From positions 1 to 64,000 of the forward strand of contig CAVSAC010000019.1 of the NCBI GenBank assembly GCA_963725865.1: a DNA stretch of 64,000 nucleotides, given 5' to 3'. Within the stretch, counting starts at the first letter, position 1, and each line of letters starts with the position of its first letter. The notes beneath the pieces were generated by a model, which saw only the letters and a list, made by a program, of their open reading frames with translations, was not told the DNA's origin and did not search any database. Origin of the DNA: Candidatus Eiseniibacteriota bacterium. GTDB lineage: Bacteria > Eisenbacteria > RBG-16-71-46. Shown here piece after piece: positions 17,312 to 28,415 of the stretch. The translations under genes were made by a program, and so were the position numbers.

Positions 17312-20300
17312 ATGACGACGGTTCGCAGGATTCGCATCCCGGCGCTCGCGGCGATGGCGTTCGTGGCTGGCGTGACGCTGATCGGCGCCCCGGCGGCGCA
17401 CGCCCAGGCAGTGAAGTTCCTGCAGCCGGGCATCGACTGGGTGAGCCCCTCGAGTACGTCGGGGGCCCACATCAAGGACAACCAGATCTGGGTGGACGTC
17501 GACATGGACGGGACCGACAGCGGTGGCGATTCCCAGCACGACATCCCGACCAACATCGACGCCACCTGGACCTTCAACCTGTCGCCCACGCTCACCATCA
17601 TGACCGCCAGGCGCCACAACGGCGGCGGGTGCCCGAACGGCGGAACCACGGACATCCGCGTCTTCGCGATCCCGCCCGGGAACGATCCGCTGATCGAGCT
17701 CGGATCGCAGCAGAGCCTGAACACCTGTCTGAATCCCACCCTGTACTTCGATCCCGGCTCCGGCGCGCCGTTCCGAACCGCGGTGTTTCGCGAGGTCGGT
17801 GCGGTCGGAGCCAACCCCCGGTACCTCTGGTGGGATCTCGTCACGGGGGTGGCCCGCACCTCGCCATTTCCGTACCTCCATTCCACCGGCTTCGTCGAGT
17901 TCGCCCCCTCCGGCACGATGGCGATGGTGCAGCACGACGTAAACGGGCCGGGCGGGAGCAACTACTCGCTGGTCGTCCTGTGCCCGGCCCAGATCGGCGA
18001 GGCCTCGCAGCCGGGCGCGGAGTTCAGCGGCCTCCTCCACGCCTGGGTGCTCCCGGGCTCGCCGCCCACCGTCCAGTTCCGAGAAGCAGACGACGTCACC
18101 CCACACGGCGGCGGCCCGTACGCCGATTGCACGCTGCCGATCGGAGCCTGCTGCAAGTCCGACGGCACCTGCGAGAACTCCACCGAGGCCGGCTGCGTCG
18201 GCATCTGGCATCCGGAAGGCACGTGCTCGCAGGTCGCCTGCCCGACCGCGACGCTCGCGGTCTCGATGACCGGCCCGGCGAGCGCCGAGCGCGGCGCCCA
18301 GGTGACCTGCACGCTCACCGCGCGCAACACCGGGCTGCTGGCATCGAGCGGTGTCGTGGTGCTCGATCAGATCCCGTTCGGCTCGACGTTCGTGTCGGCC
18401 TCCGCGGGCGGCACGTTCTCGGCCGCGACCTCGCGCGTGACGTGGAACCTCGGCACGCTCGGGGCTGGCCAGCAGACCAACCTGACGGTCACCGTCCAGG
18501 CCCCGTGCGGCGGCGGCTCGATGACGAACCTCACCTACTCGATCGCGGGCAGCCCGGGCGGCACGGTCGCCGGCACGCCCGCCGTCACCACCCTGCTCAC
18601 CGCGCCGAACACCGCGGGCCTCACGCTCACGCTGCTGTCGGCGGCGCTCGATCCGACGCCGCTGCAGACCGGCGGGCGCGTGCGCCACACGATCCGCATG
18701 GCCAACACGACGGCCGTCGCGCGCAGCGGTCTGAGCTTCAACGTCAACTCGGGCGCGGCCTCGAACATGCTGGCGGTCGTGAACGACGGCGGCGGGACGG
18801 CGACGCTCGGCACGACCACCCTCGCCTGGAGCGGCAGTCTGCCCGCGTCGTCGACGATCGACGTCATCTACGACACGGCGATCCGCGAGTGCCGTTCCGC
18901 GCAGCCCGCGGTCGAGGCCCTGAACAACGGCGCGGCCGTGTTCGTGCGCAACCCCTGCAGCGTGTCCCTGATGTTCGCGCTCCCGACGCTGTCCTTCGCG
19001 GTGGCGCCGTCACCGTTCTCCATCCAATTCGAAAGCTCGAGCCACGGACCGGTGCAGTGGTGGGGGGTTGCAAACACCAACCGCATGATCGCGTGCCGGC
19101 CGGGGGCGGCGGTCGACCTGGACCTGTGGGTGATCAACGCTTCGGGCGCCACCGGGCCGAGCTCGAACGTCGCGCTCACGCTGCCGGCCGAGCTGGCCCC
19201 GGCGTCGAACCCACCGTTCCTCGGCGCTCCGCCCGCGGGCACCACCTGGGACGCGGGACTGAAGCGCATCGCGTGGACCGGCCAGGTGCCCGCGAACGAC
19301 ACGCTGGTGATCTCGTTCCGCGTGGTGATGTCGGGCACCGCGTGCTCCGCCGACCTGGCCGCGATCGGGGGGTACTCCAGTTGCGTGAACGCGCTGTACA
19401 CCAGCCTCAGCGTGCTCGCGGTCCCGGTGCCGCCGCCCAACCACCTGCTCGCACTGCACGGCTTCGACGGGCTCTGGTTCCTCGACTCCGCCGCGTCGCC
19501 GGCCTGGCAGCCGCTCCTGTGCGGGGCGTTCGAGAGCCTGCGCGGCTTCGGGCGCACGCCCGACTCGACGATCTGGGTGGCGGGGATCCCCAACTTCAAG
19601 CTCAACCCCTACCACCTGAGCTTCCAGATCCTGCCGCCTTCGTTCCAGACCGCGCTCGGCATGGACTGGACCTACGACGCCGCGGGGGATCCGCGCGACA
19701 GTACGGTGGTGTTCGGCGGCTATCTGAGCGGATTCGGACTGCGGTTGCGCCGCTACAATCCGCGCACGCAGCAGGTCTCGGTGATCCTCAACGACACCAG
19801 CCCGCAGACGCTCGGCATCGCGCGCTTCGTGACGGTGAGCAACGACGGCCTGATCGGCGTCAACACGAACAGCGGCGTGCTGCGCGTCGACCCCGCCAAT
19901 CCCGGCGCGTACCAGCTCTTCACCCCGCCCGGAGGCGGCAGCATCAGCGGGCTGACGATCGACACCGACGGCCACTGGATCACGTGCGGAAGGCCGGCGT
20001 CGGCCGGCACCCCGCGCACGCTCGAGAACGTGGACCGGCAGACCGGTGTCTATACGCCGATCGTCGACCTGCAGTCCCACTTCAACTGGTTCGTGGACCT
20101 GCCCGGCATCACCACCACACCGTCGCGCGACGTCTTCCTCAGCTCGGCGGACGCCGTGTTCGCCGGCGTGCAGCGCTCGGGAGGGAACACGGTCGTGACG
20201 AGCATCGTGCCGGTCACGATCGTGGATCTCATGTGCACGGGATCCGTCACGCTGGGCGTCGAGCCGCCGGTCGCCGACGGCGCGCCGGGCGCGCTCGCGC

Positions 20301-20566
20301 TGTCGAGCCCGAGCCCGAATCCGGCGCGCGCCGGAGTGAGCCTGCGCTTCGTGATGCCCGCGACGGGCCGCGCGACGCTCGCGGTCTACGACGTCGGCGG
20401 GCGTCGCGTGCGCGCGCTGGTCGACGACGTGCGCCCGGCCGGAGCCCACACGATCACGTGGGATGGCACCGCGGACTCCGGGGCACGGGTGGGCGCGGGG
20501 CTCTACTTCGTGCGGCTCCACACCCTGGAGGGCGCGCGGATCGCGAAGCTGGTGCTGGCCCGATAG
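17312..20566 (+). CDS. Secreted DUF11/Ig-repeat plus beta-propeller protein with FlgD-Ig/T9SS-like CTD
   Basis: Signal peptide ending AHA; DUF11-like 'TLTARNTG...VLDQIP...VTWNLGTL'; GACC motif; tail PNP...YDVGGRRV...GLYFVRL. Confidence 0.85.
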   Translation: MTTVRRIRIPALAAMAFVAGVTLIGAPAAHAQAVKFLQPGIDWVSPSSTSGAHIKDNQIWVDVDMDGTDSGGDSQHDIPTNIDATWTFNLSPTLTIMTARRHNGGGCPNGGTTDIRVFAIPPGNDPLIELGSQQSLNTCLNPTLYFDPGSGAPFRTAVFREVGAVGANPRYLWWDLVTGVARTSPFPYLHSTGFVEFAPSGTMAMVQHDVNGPGGSNYSLVVLCPAQIGEASQPGAEFSGLLHAWVLPGSPPTVQFREADDVTPHGGGPYADCTLPIGACCKSDGTCENSTEAGCVGIWHPEGTCSQVACPTATLAVSMTGPASAERGAQVTCTLTARNTGLLASSGVVVLDQIPFGSTFVSASAGGTFSAATSRVTWNLGTLGAGQQTNLTVTVQAPCGGGSMTNLTYSIAGSPGGTVAGTPAVTTLLTAPNTAGLTLTLLSAALDPTPLQTGGRVRHTIRMANTTAVARSGLSFNVNSGAASNMLAVVNDGGGTATLGTTTLAWSGSLPASSTIDVIYDTAIRECRSAQPAVEALNNGAAVFVRNPCSVSLMFALPTLSFAVAPSPFSIQFESSSHGPVQWWGVANTNRMIACRPGAAVDLDLWVINASGATGPSSNVALTLPAELAPASNPPFLGAPPAGTTWDAGLKRIAWTGQVPANDTLVISFRVVMSGTACSADLAAIGGYSSCVNALYTSLSVLAVPVPPPNHLLALHGFDGLWFLDSAASPAWQPLLCGAFESLRGFGRTPDSTIWVAGIPNFKLNPYHLSFQILPPSFQTALGMDWTYDAAGDPRDSTVVFGGYLSGFGLRLRRYNPRTQQVSVILNDTSPQTLGIARFVTVSNDGLIGVNTNSGVLRVDPANPGAYQLFTPPGGGSISGLTIDTDGHWITCGRPASAGTPRTLENVDRQTGVYTPIVDLQSHFNWFVDLPGITTTPSRDVFLSSADAVFAGVQRSGGNTVVTSIVPVTIVDLMCTGSVTLGVEPPVADGAPGALALSSPSPNPARAGVSLRFVMPATGRATLAVYDVGGRRVRALVDDVRPAGAHTITWDGTADSGARVGAGLYFVRLHTLEGARIAKLVLAR

Positions 20567-20781
20567 GCGCCACAGGCTCCACATGGCCGCCCGCGGTCGC
20601 TCCCCGGGGCCGCGGGCGGCATCGGCATGCCCCTGCGCGGGAGCCGTTCGCTCACCGCCTGCCGATCTGACCGGAGGCCGAATGCGACGACGGCGGTGCG
20701 GAATCCCCGCCGGCGGCATTGTCGTGGGTGAGGACGTCCCGCGGCCGCGACGCCCATGGCAAGCCCTGCCTGGAGACCACC

Positions 20782-23309
20782 ATGTCCCGACTCCCGCGAA
20801 TCCCGCTGCCCGCGCTCTCGCTGCTCGCCGTCCTGCTCGTCGCGCCCGCGGCCCGTGCGGCGTGGTCCACCAGCCCGATCCTGAACCCGCCGATCGCGCC
20901 CGGCTCGCAGATCCAGACCGCGCCCGCGTGCATCCCCGACGGTGCCGGCGGGACGTTCGTGGTCTACCAGGACGCGAGGAGCGGGAGCTTCGACATCTAC
21001 GCCCAGCACGTGCGCTCGGACGGGACCATCGATCCGGCATGGCCTGCGACCGGAGTTCCCGTGTGCGTGGCGACGAACCAGCAGACGGGTCCCCAGATCA
21101 TCGCCGACGGCGCCGGCGGGATGATCGTCGCGTGGACCGACTTCCGTTCCAATTCGGTGTGGGGCGACATCTACGCGCAGCGCATCACCGCCTCGGGCGC
21201 GGTCGCGGGCGGCTGGCCAGTCGATGGCGCCGCGGTCGGCGTCAATCCGGTGGCTGAGACCAACCCGACGCTCTGCACCGACGGCGCGGGCGGCGCGATC
21301 ATCGTGTGGGAGTACGAGTTCTCCGGCTCCGATCACGATCTCTACGGCGCGCACGTCACCGGCGCGGGCAGCGTGCTCGGCTGGGGCGGCTTCTACACGC
21401 CGATCGCCGACTCGCGCGACCCGGCCATCACGACCGACACCGCCGGCGGCTGCTACCTGGTGTTCTCGAACAACGCCGGAGTGAACCAGACCGCGATCCA
21501 GGCGATGCGACTGAACGCCGCCGGGGGTGCGATCTACGGCCCCGGTCAGGTCTACTTCATCCCACCCTACGTCGGATTCGCGCCCCGCATCGCGATCGAC
21601 GGCGTCGGCGGTGCCTACGTCGCGTGGACCGAGCGCGGCTCCGGGGACTCCGACGTGCTCGTCAGCCGATTGGGTCCCGCCGCCGCGCCCCAACTGCCCT
21701 TCTACGGCAATGCCGTCGCCGCCGTGCGGATCGCGGGCTCCGACCAGAGCCTCACCGGGCTCGCCTACGACGGTGCGGGCGGCGTGATCGTGACCTGGAC
21801 CGACGCGCGCTACTCCTCCAGCAGCCTGCAGGCGTTCGCGCAGCGCATCATGCCGAACGCCGCGATCGCGCCCGGCTGGCCGGTCAACGGCGTGGCGCTC
21901 GGATACACCGGCATCTACCAGCTCACGCCCGTCCCGGTGCCCGACGGGACCGGCGGCGCCCTGTTCCTATGGCAGGACTTCCGGGGCGGCACGTTCGGTA
22001 TCGACCTCTACGCGACTCGGCTGGCGGCGAACGGAACGCGCGCCCCGAACTGGCCCGACGGCGGGACGCCCGTCGTGACCACCAGCATGGACCAGGTGCC
22101 CTTCGCGGCCTGCACGGACGCGCGGCGCGGCGCGATCGTGATCGCGGCGGACTTCCACACCCCGCCGCCGGCGCCCGCGATGTACGCCGCCCGCATCGAT
22201 CGCTACGGCGTGCTCGGCGACGCGCAGCCGGCGATCGCGAGCATCCGCGACGTCGCGGCCGACCAGGGCGGGGCCGTACGGCTGGTCTGGAACTCCAGCT
22301 ACCTCGACGCCGATCCCACGTTCGAGATCGGCGAGTACTGGGTGTGGCGCCAGACGCCCGCCACCGTCGCCGCGCAGGCCGTGCGCGACGGGGCGCGGTG
22401 GATCGACGCCGATCCGGACGGGGCGGACGCGGATGCGTCGGCCGGCGCCTCGACGACGACGCTCGCCACGACGGCGCCGGGCGAGGACGGTGCCGGAGCC
22501 ACGCACGCGCCGCTTCCGCCGCGCGGGCCCCGACGCGGCGCAGTTCGCGTGGGAGTACCTGGCCGCGCTGCCCGCGAACGGCGCGGCGCAGTACAGCTAC
22601 CTCGCCGCCACGGCGAGCGACTCGGTCGCGGGCCACAATCCGCGCACCGTGTTCATGGTCGAAGCGCGCCACGCGGGCAACGGCGCGTTCTGGGACTCGG
22701 CGCCCGACTCGGGCTACTCCGTGGACAACCTGGCGCCCGCCACGCCCGCGCCGTTCACCGGCACGTATGCGGCGGGCTCGGCGCAGCTCGCGTGGGGCGC
22801 GAACACCGACGCCGATCTCGGGGGCTACCGGCTCTATCGTGGCGCCAGCGCCGGGCTTCGCGCCCGGGCCCTCCAACCGGATCGCGGCACCGGCCACGCC
22901 CGGCTTCGTCGACGCCGCGGGCGCGCCCTACTACTACAAGCTCTCGGCGGTGGACGCGCACGGCAACGAGAGCGGCTTCGCCACGCTGCTGCCGAGCGGT
23001 GCGCTGGACGCCCCGGGCGAAGCGCCGCCGAGCGCGCTGGCGTTCGCGCGACCGACCCCCAACCCCGCGCGCGGCGCGGTCGCGCTGCGCTACGACCTGC
23101 CGCGCGCGATGCGCGTCCGCCTCGCGGTCTTCGACGCGGCCGGCCGCCGCGTCCGCTCGCTGGCCGACGCGCTGCAGCCGGCGGGGCGCTACACGCTGCG
23201 CTGGGATCTGCGCGATGCGGACGGCGGCGCGACCGGCGCGGGGCTCTACTTCGCGCGGCTCGAGGCCGGCGGCGAGGTGCTGGTGCAGAGGTTCGCGACG
23301 CTTCGGTGA
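20782..23309 (+). CDS. Secreted DGAGG-repeat/FN3 protein with FlgD-Ig/T9SS-like CTD; two frameshifts (about 22440-22530 and about 22855)
   Basis: Signal peptide; repeated DGAGG..V.W.D.R; FN3 'LAWGANTDADLGGYRLYRG...YYYKLSAVDAHGNES' and CTD split over three frames. Confidence 0.8.
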
Positions 23310-23419
23310 CCTGGAGACGGCGAACGCGCGGTTGAGCCTCGGAGGCATCCGTCGCACAATGCCCTCCGAATCGCCCGCCGCATCGCGAAGCACCCGCGTC
23401 CGCCTCGAAAGGATCCCTC

Positions 23420-24406
23420 GTGCAGCAGGTCTCGCTCGGAAGTCAGGGACTGGTCGTCTCGCGCATGGGCCTCGGCTGCATGGGGATGACCTTCGCCTAC
23501 GGCACCGCCGATCCGGTCGAGGCCGAGGCCACGCTGCGGCGCGCGCTCGAGCTCGGCATCGACTTCTTCGACACCGCCGAGGTGTACGGGCCGTACACCA
23601 ACGAGGAGCTGGTGGGCCGCGTGCTGCGCGGGGTGCGCGAGCGCGTGGTGCTCGCCACCAAGTTCGGCTTCCGGTACGTGGACGGACGCCCGAGCGGGCA
23701 GGACTCGAGCCCCGTCAACGTGCGCCGCGCGTGCGACGGGTCGCTGAAGCGGCTCGGCACCGACCGCATCGACCTGCTCTACCAGCACCGCGTGGATCCC
23801 GCGGTGCCGATCGAGGACACGGTCGGCGCGATGGCCGAACTGGTGCGCGCCGGCAAGGTGCGCTACCTCGGACTCTCGGAGGCGAGCCCCAGCACGCTGC
23901 GCCGCGCGCACGCGGTGCACCCGATCTCCGCGCTCCAGAGCGAGTACTCGCTCTGGACCCGCGATCACGAGGGCGGCTCGCTGGACGCGTGCCGCGCGCT
24001 CGGCATCGGCTTCGTCGCCTACAGCCCGCTCGGGCGCGGATTCCTGACCGGCGCGATCCCCTCGCCCGACGCGCTCGAGGCGCACGACTGGCGGCGCATG
24101 AACCCGCGCTTCCAGGCCGACGCGATGGCGACGAATACGCGCCTCGTCGAGCAGGTGCGACAGCTCGCCGGGCGCAAGGGCTGCACGCCGGCCCAGCTCG
24201 CGCTCGCGTGGGTGATGGCGCAGGGCGAGGACATCGTGCCGATCCCCGGCACCAAGCGCGTGAAGTGGCTCGAGGAGAACGCCGGGGCGCTCGCGGTGAC
24301 GTTCACCGCCGAGGAGCTCGCGCAGCTCGATCGCGAGTTCCCGCGCGGCGCCGCGGCGGGCGATCGCTATGCCGAGGCGATGATGAAGGCGATCGACCGG
24401 GACTGA
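23420..24406 (+). CDS. Aldo/keto reductase
   Basis: [47 protein letters not shown]. Confidence 0.95.
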   Translation: MQQVSLGSQGLVVSRMGLGCMGMTFAYGTADPVEAEATLRRALELGIDFFDTAEVYGPYTNEELVGRVLRGVRERVVLATKFGFRYVDGRPSGQDSSPVNVRRACDGSLKRLGTDRIDLLYQHRVDPAVPIEDTVGAMAELVRAGKVRYLGLSEASPSTLRRAHAVHPISALQSEYSLWTRDHEGGSLDACRALGIGFVAYSPLGRGFLTGAIPSPDALEAHDWRRMNPRFQADAMATNTRLVEQVRQLAGRKGCTPAQLALAWVMAQGEDIVPIPGTKRVKWLEENAGALAVTFTAEELAQLDREFPRGAAAGDRYAEAMMKAIDRD

Positions 24407-24609
24407 GCGCGAGGCCCGCGGGTTCGTCGCGGACCGCCCGCCCGCGCAGCACCCACCCCGCGCGGTCCGGCGGGCGCGCCCGGCAGCCGTTGTGCGGCGG
24501 TCGTCGCTTCCGAGCCGTCGACGCCTCGACGCCCGCGGGGCGCGCGTGCTCCACTCCGCGCGATTCGATCCGTCCGATTCGGCTTCCGTCCCGACGAAAG
24601 GCGCCCGCC

Positions 24610-26049
24610 ATGCGCTTCCTTCCCGCTCTCGATCCGCACTCCCATCGCATCCCCCGCGCGCGCGTGTGCGCCTGTGCCGGCGCCCTGCTCGCGCTCCTCG
24701 CGCTGCCGGCCTTCGCCGCTCCGGACGCGCGCTCGGCGGACCCGCTCCTGCGCCGCGTGCAGCTCGGCGCGCGCGTGCTCGCGCTGACGGCGGATGACCG
24801 CGCGAAGGCGCAGCTCGCCGACACCTCCGCTGGAGTGCGCATCGACTCGGTGACGCCGGGCTCGAATGCCGAGGCCGGGAAGCTGGCCGCCGGGGACCTG
24901 ATCCTCGCGGCCGATGGTTCCGCCGTGCGCCAGCCGCTGGACGTGGTCGCGGCGGTGGCGCGGCACAAGGGCGGCGGTGTGATCGCGCTCAGGCTGGTGC
25001 ACGACGGCGAGGTCGAGTCGCGCAAGCTGGCGCTGAAGCCGCTGCCGTACGAGACCGGCATCGGCTACGACGTGGTGTACAGCTCGGTCGCGAGCCGCGG
25101 CGGTCGCCTGCGCACCATCGTCACCCGGCCGCGCACGCCCGGGCGCCATCCCGCGCTCATGCTGGTGCAGGGCATCGGCACGTTCAGCACCGAGAACGTG
25201 GGCGGCGGGATCGACGGCTACGCGGCGATCATCCGCGACTTCTCAGCGCGCGGCTACGTGACGCTGCGCGTGGACAAGCCCGGCTGCGGCGACAGCGAGG
25301 GCGGACCACTGCGCGACGTGGACTTCGACACTCAGCTCGACGGGTTCCGCCAGGGGCTGCTCGCGCTGCGCGCCGATCCGAGCGTCGACCCGGATCGCAT
25401 CGTGCTGTTCGGGCACAGCATGGGCGGCGCGTGGGCGCCGCTGCTCGCCGCCGAGGTGCCGGTGCGCGGCATCGCGGTGTACGGCACGCTGGTGCGCACG
25501 TGGCTCGAGTACGTGCTCGAGAACTCGCGCCGGCAGGGGGCGCTGGCGGGCCGCTCGAGCGCCGCGCTCGATTCCATGGTGCGCGACGAGGCCGCCGGGA
25601 CCCACTACCTCTTCGTCGAGGACCAGGACCCGCCGCAGGTCCTCGAGCGTCATCCCGAGCTGCAGGCGTGGTTCGACTCGTCGTTCACCGACCTCCGCTA
25701 CTACTCGGGACTCAGCGTTCCGTTCGTGCGCCAGCTGGCGCACCACGATCTCGGCCGCGCGTGGGAGGACTTCCCCGGCCACGCGCTCGCGATCTACGGG
25801 CGCTCCGACTTCCTCTCCGGCGAGACCGACCACGCGCTGATCGCCGCGATCGTCAACCGGACGCATCCGGGGCACGGCGAGTTCGTGGCGCTCGACGGCA
25901 TCGATCACGCGTTTCGCGCGGTCCCCACCCAGGCGGAGAGCTTCGCGAGCTGGGGCCAGCCGGGCCGCCCGCTCGACCTGCGCGTGGCGGACCAGTTGCG
26001 GGACTGGGCCGACCGCGTAGTGGGTCCGACCGACGCGCGCCAGCCCTAG
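24610..26049 (+). CDS. Exported PDZ-domain alpha/beta hydrolase
   Basis: Signal peptide; PDZ 'GVRIDSVTPGSNAEAGKLAAGDLIL'; DKPGCGDS; GHSMGG; IDH. Confidence 0.85.
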   Translation: MRFLPALDPHSHRIPRARVCACAGALLALLALPAFAAPDARSADPLLRRVQLGARVLALTADDRAKAQLADTSAGVRIDSVTPGSNAEAGKLAAGDLILAADGSAVRQPLDVVAAVARHKGGGVIALRLVHDGEVESRKLALKPLPYETGIGYDVVYSSVASRGGRLRTIVTRPRTPGRHPALMLVQGIGTFSTENVGGGIDGYAAIIRDFSARGYVTLRVDKPGCGDSEGGPLRDVDFDTQLDGFRQGLLALRADPSVDPDRIVLFGHSMGGAWAPLLAAEVPVRGIAVYGTLVRTWLEYVLENSRRQGALAGRSSAALDSMVRDEAAGTHYLFVEDQDPPQVLERHPELQAWFDSSFTDLRYYSGLSVPFVRQLAHHDLGRAWEDFPGHALAIYGRSDFLSGETDHALIAAIVNRTHPGHGEFVALDGIDHAFRAVPTQAESFASWGQPGRPLDLRVADQLRDWADRVVGPTDARQP

Positions 26050-26258
26050 CCGGCGCGCGGACGGCGCGCGCCGGGCGGCATCGCGGCCGCGTCCGTGGCG
26101 CGTCCCGCCGCGGCTCCGCGGCCGGCGCCCGTGGGCTTCCTTCCGATGCGCGCGGACGGCGTGCTAGGTTCGGCGTGGTTGCCTGTCGCTCACCTCCGTG
26201 GATCCGCGTCCGTCGCCCCGCCGCTCGCGCCGCGATGGACGCTCGCAAAGGAGCCTCC

Positions 26259-26771
26259 ATGCCGGGAATCGCGATCAAGCCGACGGTGCTGAAGGAGCTG
26301 CAGCGCCAGATGAACCACGAGATGGCGGCCGCGCACGCGTACGAGGCCGTCGCGTTGTGGTGCGAGGAGCAGAACTTCAAGGGCTTCGGTCGCTTCTTCG
26401 CGAAGCAGGCCGCCGAGGAGCGCGGGCACGCGCGCAAGTTCATGGACCACCTGCTCGACCGCGGCGCGCGGCCAGCGCTCGGCGCGATCGAGGCTCCGCG
26501 CGGGACCTTCGGCTCGCTGGAGGAGGTGGCGGCGCACGCGCGCGCGATGGAGCAGGCGAACACCGCGGGCGTGAACGCGGTGTTCGAGGCCGCGGTGCGC
26601 GAGCAGGACTACCCGGCGCAGGTGCTGATGCACTGGTTCATCAGCGAGCAGGTCGAGGAGGAGAAGTGGACCGACGAGCTGATCGACCGCATCGAGCGGG
26701 CGGCCTGCGCGGGTGCGCTCGCGGAACTCGACCGTCACATCGAGCGCACCCTGGGCGGCGAGCAGGAGTAG
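26259..26771 (+). CDS. Non-heme ferritin
   Basis: QMNHE...Y, EERGH, E..NT, WFISEQVEEE ferroxidase pattern; AAGGAG RBS. Confidence 0.92.
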   Translation: MPGIAIKPTVLKELQRQMNHEMAAAHAYEAVALWCEEQNFKGFGRFFAKQAAEERGHARKFMDHLLDRGARPALGAIEAPRGTFGSLEEVAAHARAMEQANTAGVNAVFEAAVREQDYPAQVLMHWFISEQVEEEKWTDELIDRIERAACAGALAELDRHIERTLGGEQE

Positions 26772-26868
26772 CCGCCCGGCGCGGCGCCGGATCGGCGCCC
26801 TGAGTCGCGCCGCGCGCCTCATGGTCGCAGCGCGGGGCGCCCGCCGTGTGGCCGGCGCCCCGTGGCGC

Positions 26869-27606
26869 TCAGCGCCGCTCGCGCCGCAACTGGGCGCGGA
26901 TCCCGGTCAGGATGTCGCAGTAGTGCCACGCGGCGGGCGCGCCGGGCTCCTGATGATGATCGGGCTTCAGCACCAGGTCGCCGGTCGCGAGCAGCACGCG
27001 CGCGACCTCGGGATTCTGCCGCACCTTCGCCCACGTCGCGGCCTCGATCAGCTCGAAGTGCCGGCCGGGCCGCTGCGGCCGGTAGGGGAAACGCTGGCCC
27101 TCGAACGACACCCAATCGATGCCCATCGCCTGCATGTTGCGCTCGGCGAGCGTGCCCGCCTCCTTGGCCTCGAACGCCGTCATCTGCGCCACCTGCTCGC
27201 GCGTGTGCGCCCAGGCCAGGCCGGGGAACCGCGCGCGCGGGTCGTCGGGGCCGTCGGGGTAGAGCATCATCTGCCAGAAGCCCTCGAGGCTCGCGTAGCG
27301 CCGGCCGCGGAACGTGAACGGCGTCGGCGCGAAGTTCGAGAGCAGCCCGAGCTCGTGGCGCTTGGAGACGATCACCTCGCCGGGGCCGGCGGCCTGCGGC
27401 AGGATCTCCCACGCGGGCGCTCCCTCGGCCGGGACCGCTTCCCACCAGTGCGCGGGGTAGTTCGCGCGCTCGGCGAGCAGCGTCGCGGCGGAGGGCGAGG
27501 CGGACGCGGCGCCGGCCGCGGCGGCGGCCCCCACCGCAAGCAGGGCGCAGCACGCGAACACCCCCGCGCGGGCCCATGGCGTTCCGACTCGTGGCCGCAG
27601 GTGCAT
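26869..27606 (-). CDS. NADAR-family protein with N-terminal signal peptide
   Basis: LSNFAPTPFTFRGRRYASLEGFWQ, AKVRQNPEVARVLLATGD; leader VFACCALLAVGAAAAA. Confidence 0.8.
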   Translation of the reverse strand: MHLRPRVGTPWARAGVFACCALLAVGAAAAAGAASASPSAATLLAERANYPAHWWEAVPAEGAPAWEILPQAAGPGEVIVSKRHELGLLSNFAPTPFTFRGRRYASLEGFWQMMLYPDGPDDPRARFPGLAWAHTREQVAQMTAFEAKEAGTLAERNMQAMGIDWVSFEGQRFPYRPQRPGRHFELIEAATWAKVRQNPEVARVLLATGDLVLKPDHHQEPGAPAAWHYCDILTGIRAQLRRERR

Positions 27607-27827
27607 GCGGGGACAGTAGCACCGCGAGGCGGCGCCAGGGCGGGCACACTCCACTTCCGGGGCGGCGCCGGCCGCGCGAAGTTGGTGTACGCATCGCGCC
27701 GGTCTCCCAGGTCGCACTTCACTCCGGGGCGAGTTTCGCCGATACCCCGCGTGATGGCGAGCCCCGCGCCCGAGGACGGATCGATTCCATCGCGGCGGCC
27801 GGGGCGGAAAGTCATGGAGGACGTCTC

Positions 27828-28355
27828 GTGGAAGTGAAGGACCTGGTGCCCGCGATCTCCACCGTCGTCACCAGCGCCGCCGGTGCGCTGATCGCCGTGT
27901 ACCTGAAGGACTGGATCGAGCAGCGCCGCGATCTACGGCACGACCGGCGCGAAGGACGTAGCATGCGCCGGCGCACCGATCGCTCGACCTACAACCGCCG
28001 ACCGACTCGGCTCGTGCGCTGCCACCTCGCCTCGTACATCCGAGGGGGCCGCTGGCACTCGTCCGACGCCGACCTCCGCCGGCTTGTCTCCGACCTGGGC
28101 AATGGCAACGGCGTGCGCTTTCTCGACCAACGCGTCGACGAGCGCTGGCGCATGCTCGTGCGCAAGTCGGTCATCCTGGTGAGGAAGCGACTAGAAGGCA
28201 CGATCAGCGAACTGGACATCAAGGTCTACAACGTGATGCACCAGGAATGGGAATACGCCGCGAAGGAGGCGTTCGGTCCGATCCGGGATCAGAGCGAACG
28301 ACTGCGACCCCGCCGACGCGAAGGCCACCCTCAGCAGGTGGAACGGGCCGCCTGA
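27828..28355 (+). CDS. Hypothetical protein with single N-terminal TM helix
   Basis: GGAGG then GTG; hydrophobic ISTVVTSAAGALIAVYL; less GC-biased than neighbours. Confidence 0.6.
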   Translation: MEVKDLVPAISTVVTSAAGALIAVYLKDWIEQRRDLRHDRREGRSMRRRTDRSTYNRRPTRLVRCHLASYIRGGRWHSSDADLRRLVSDLGNGNGVRFLDQRVDERWRMLVRKSVILVRKRLEGTISELDIKVYNVMHQEWEYAAKEAFGPIRDQSERLRPRRREGHPQQVERAA

Positions 28356-28415
28356 GATCGCGCGCCGCCATGCTCCCGGCCGCGCCTTCCCGCACGCGAC
28401 CCGCGCCCGCCCGCG

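Noticed and set aside
22430..22860. Programmed frameshifting or phase variation
   Set aside because: No slippery heptamer or long homopolymer tract; sequencing error is simpler
20719..26049. 1776-aa ORF apparently fusing a surface protein to a PDZ hydrolase
   Set aside because: Frameshift artefact; it reads through the AKR gene out of frame and three separate genes explain the region
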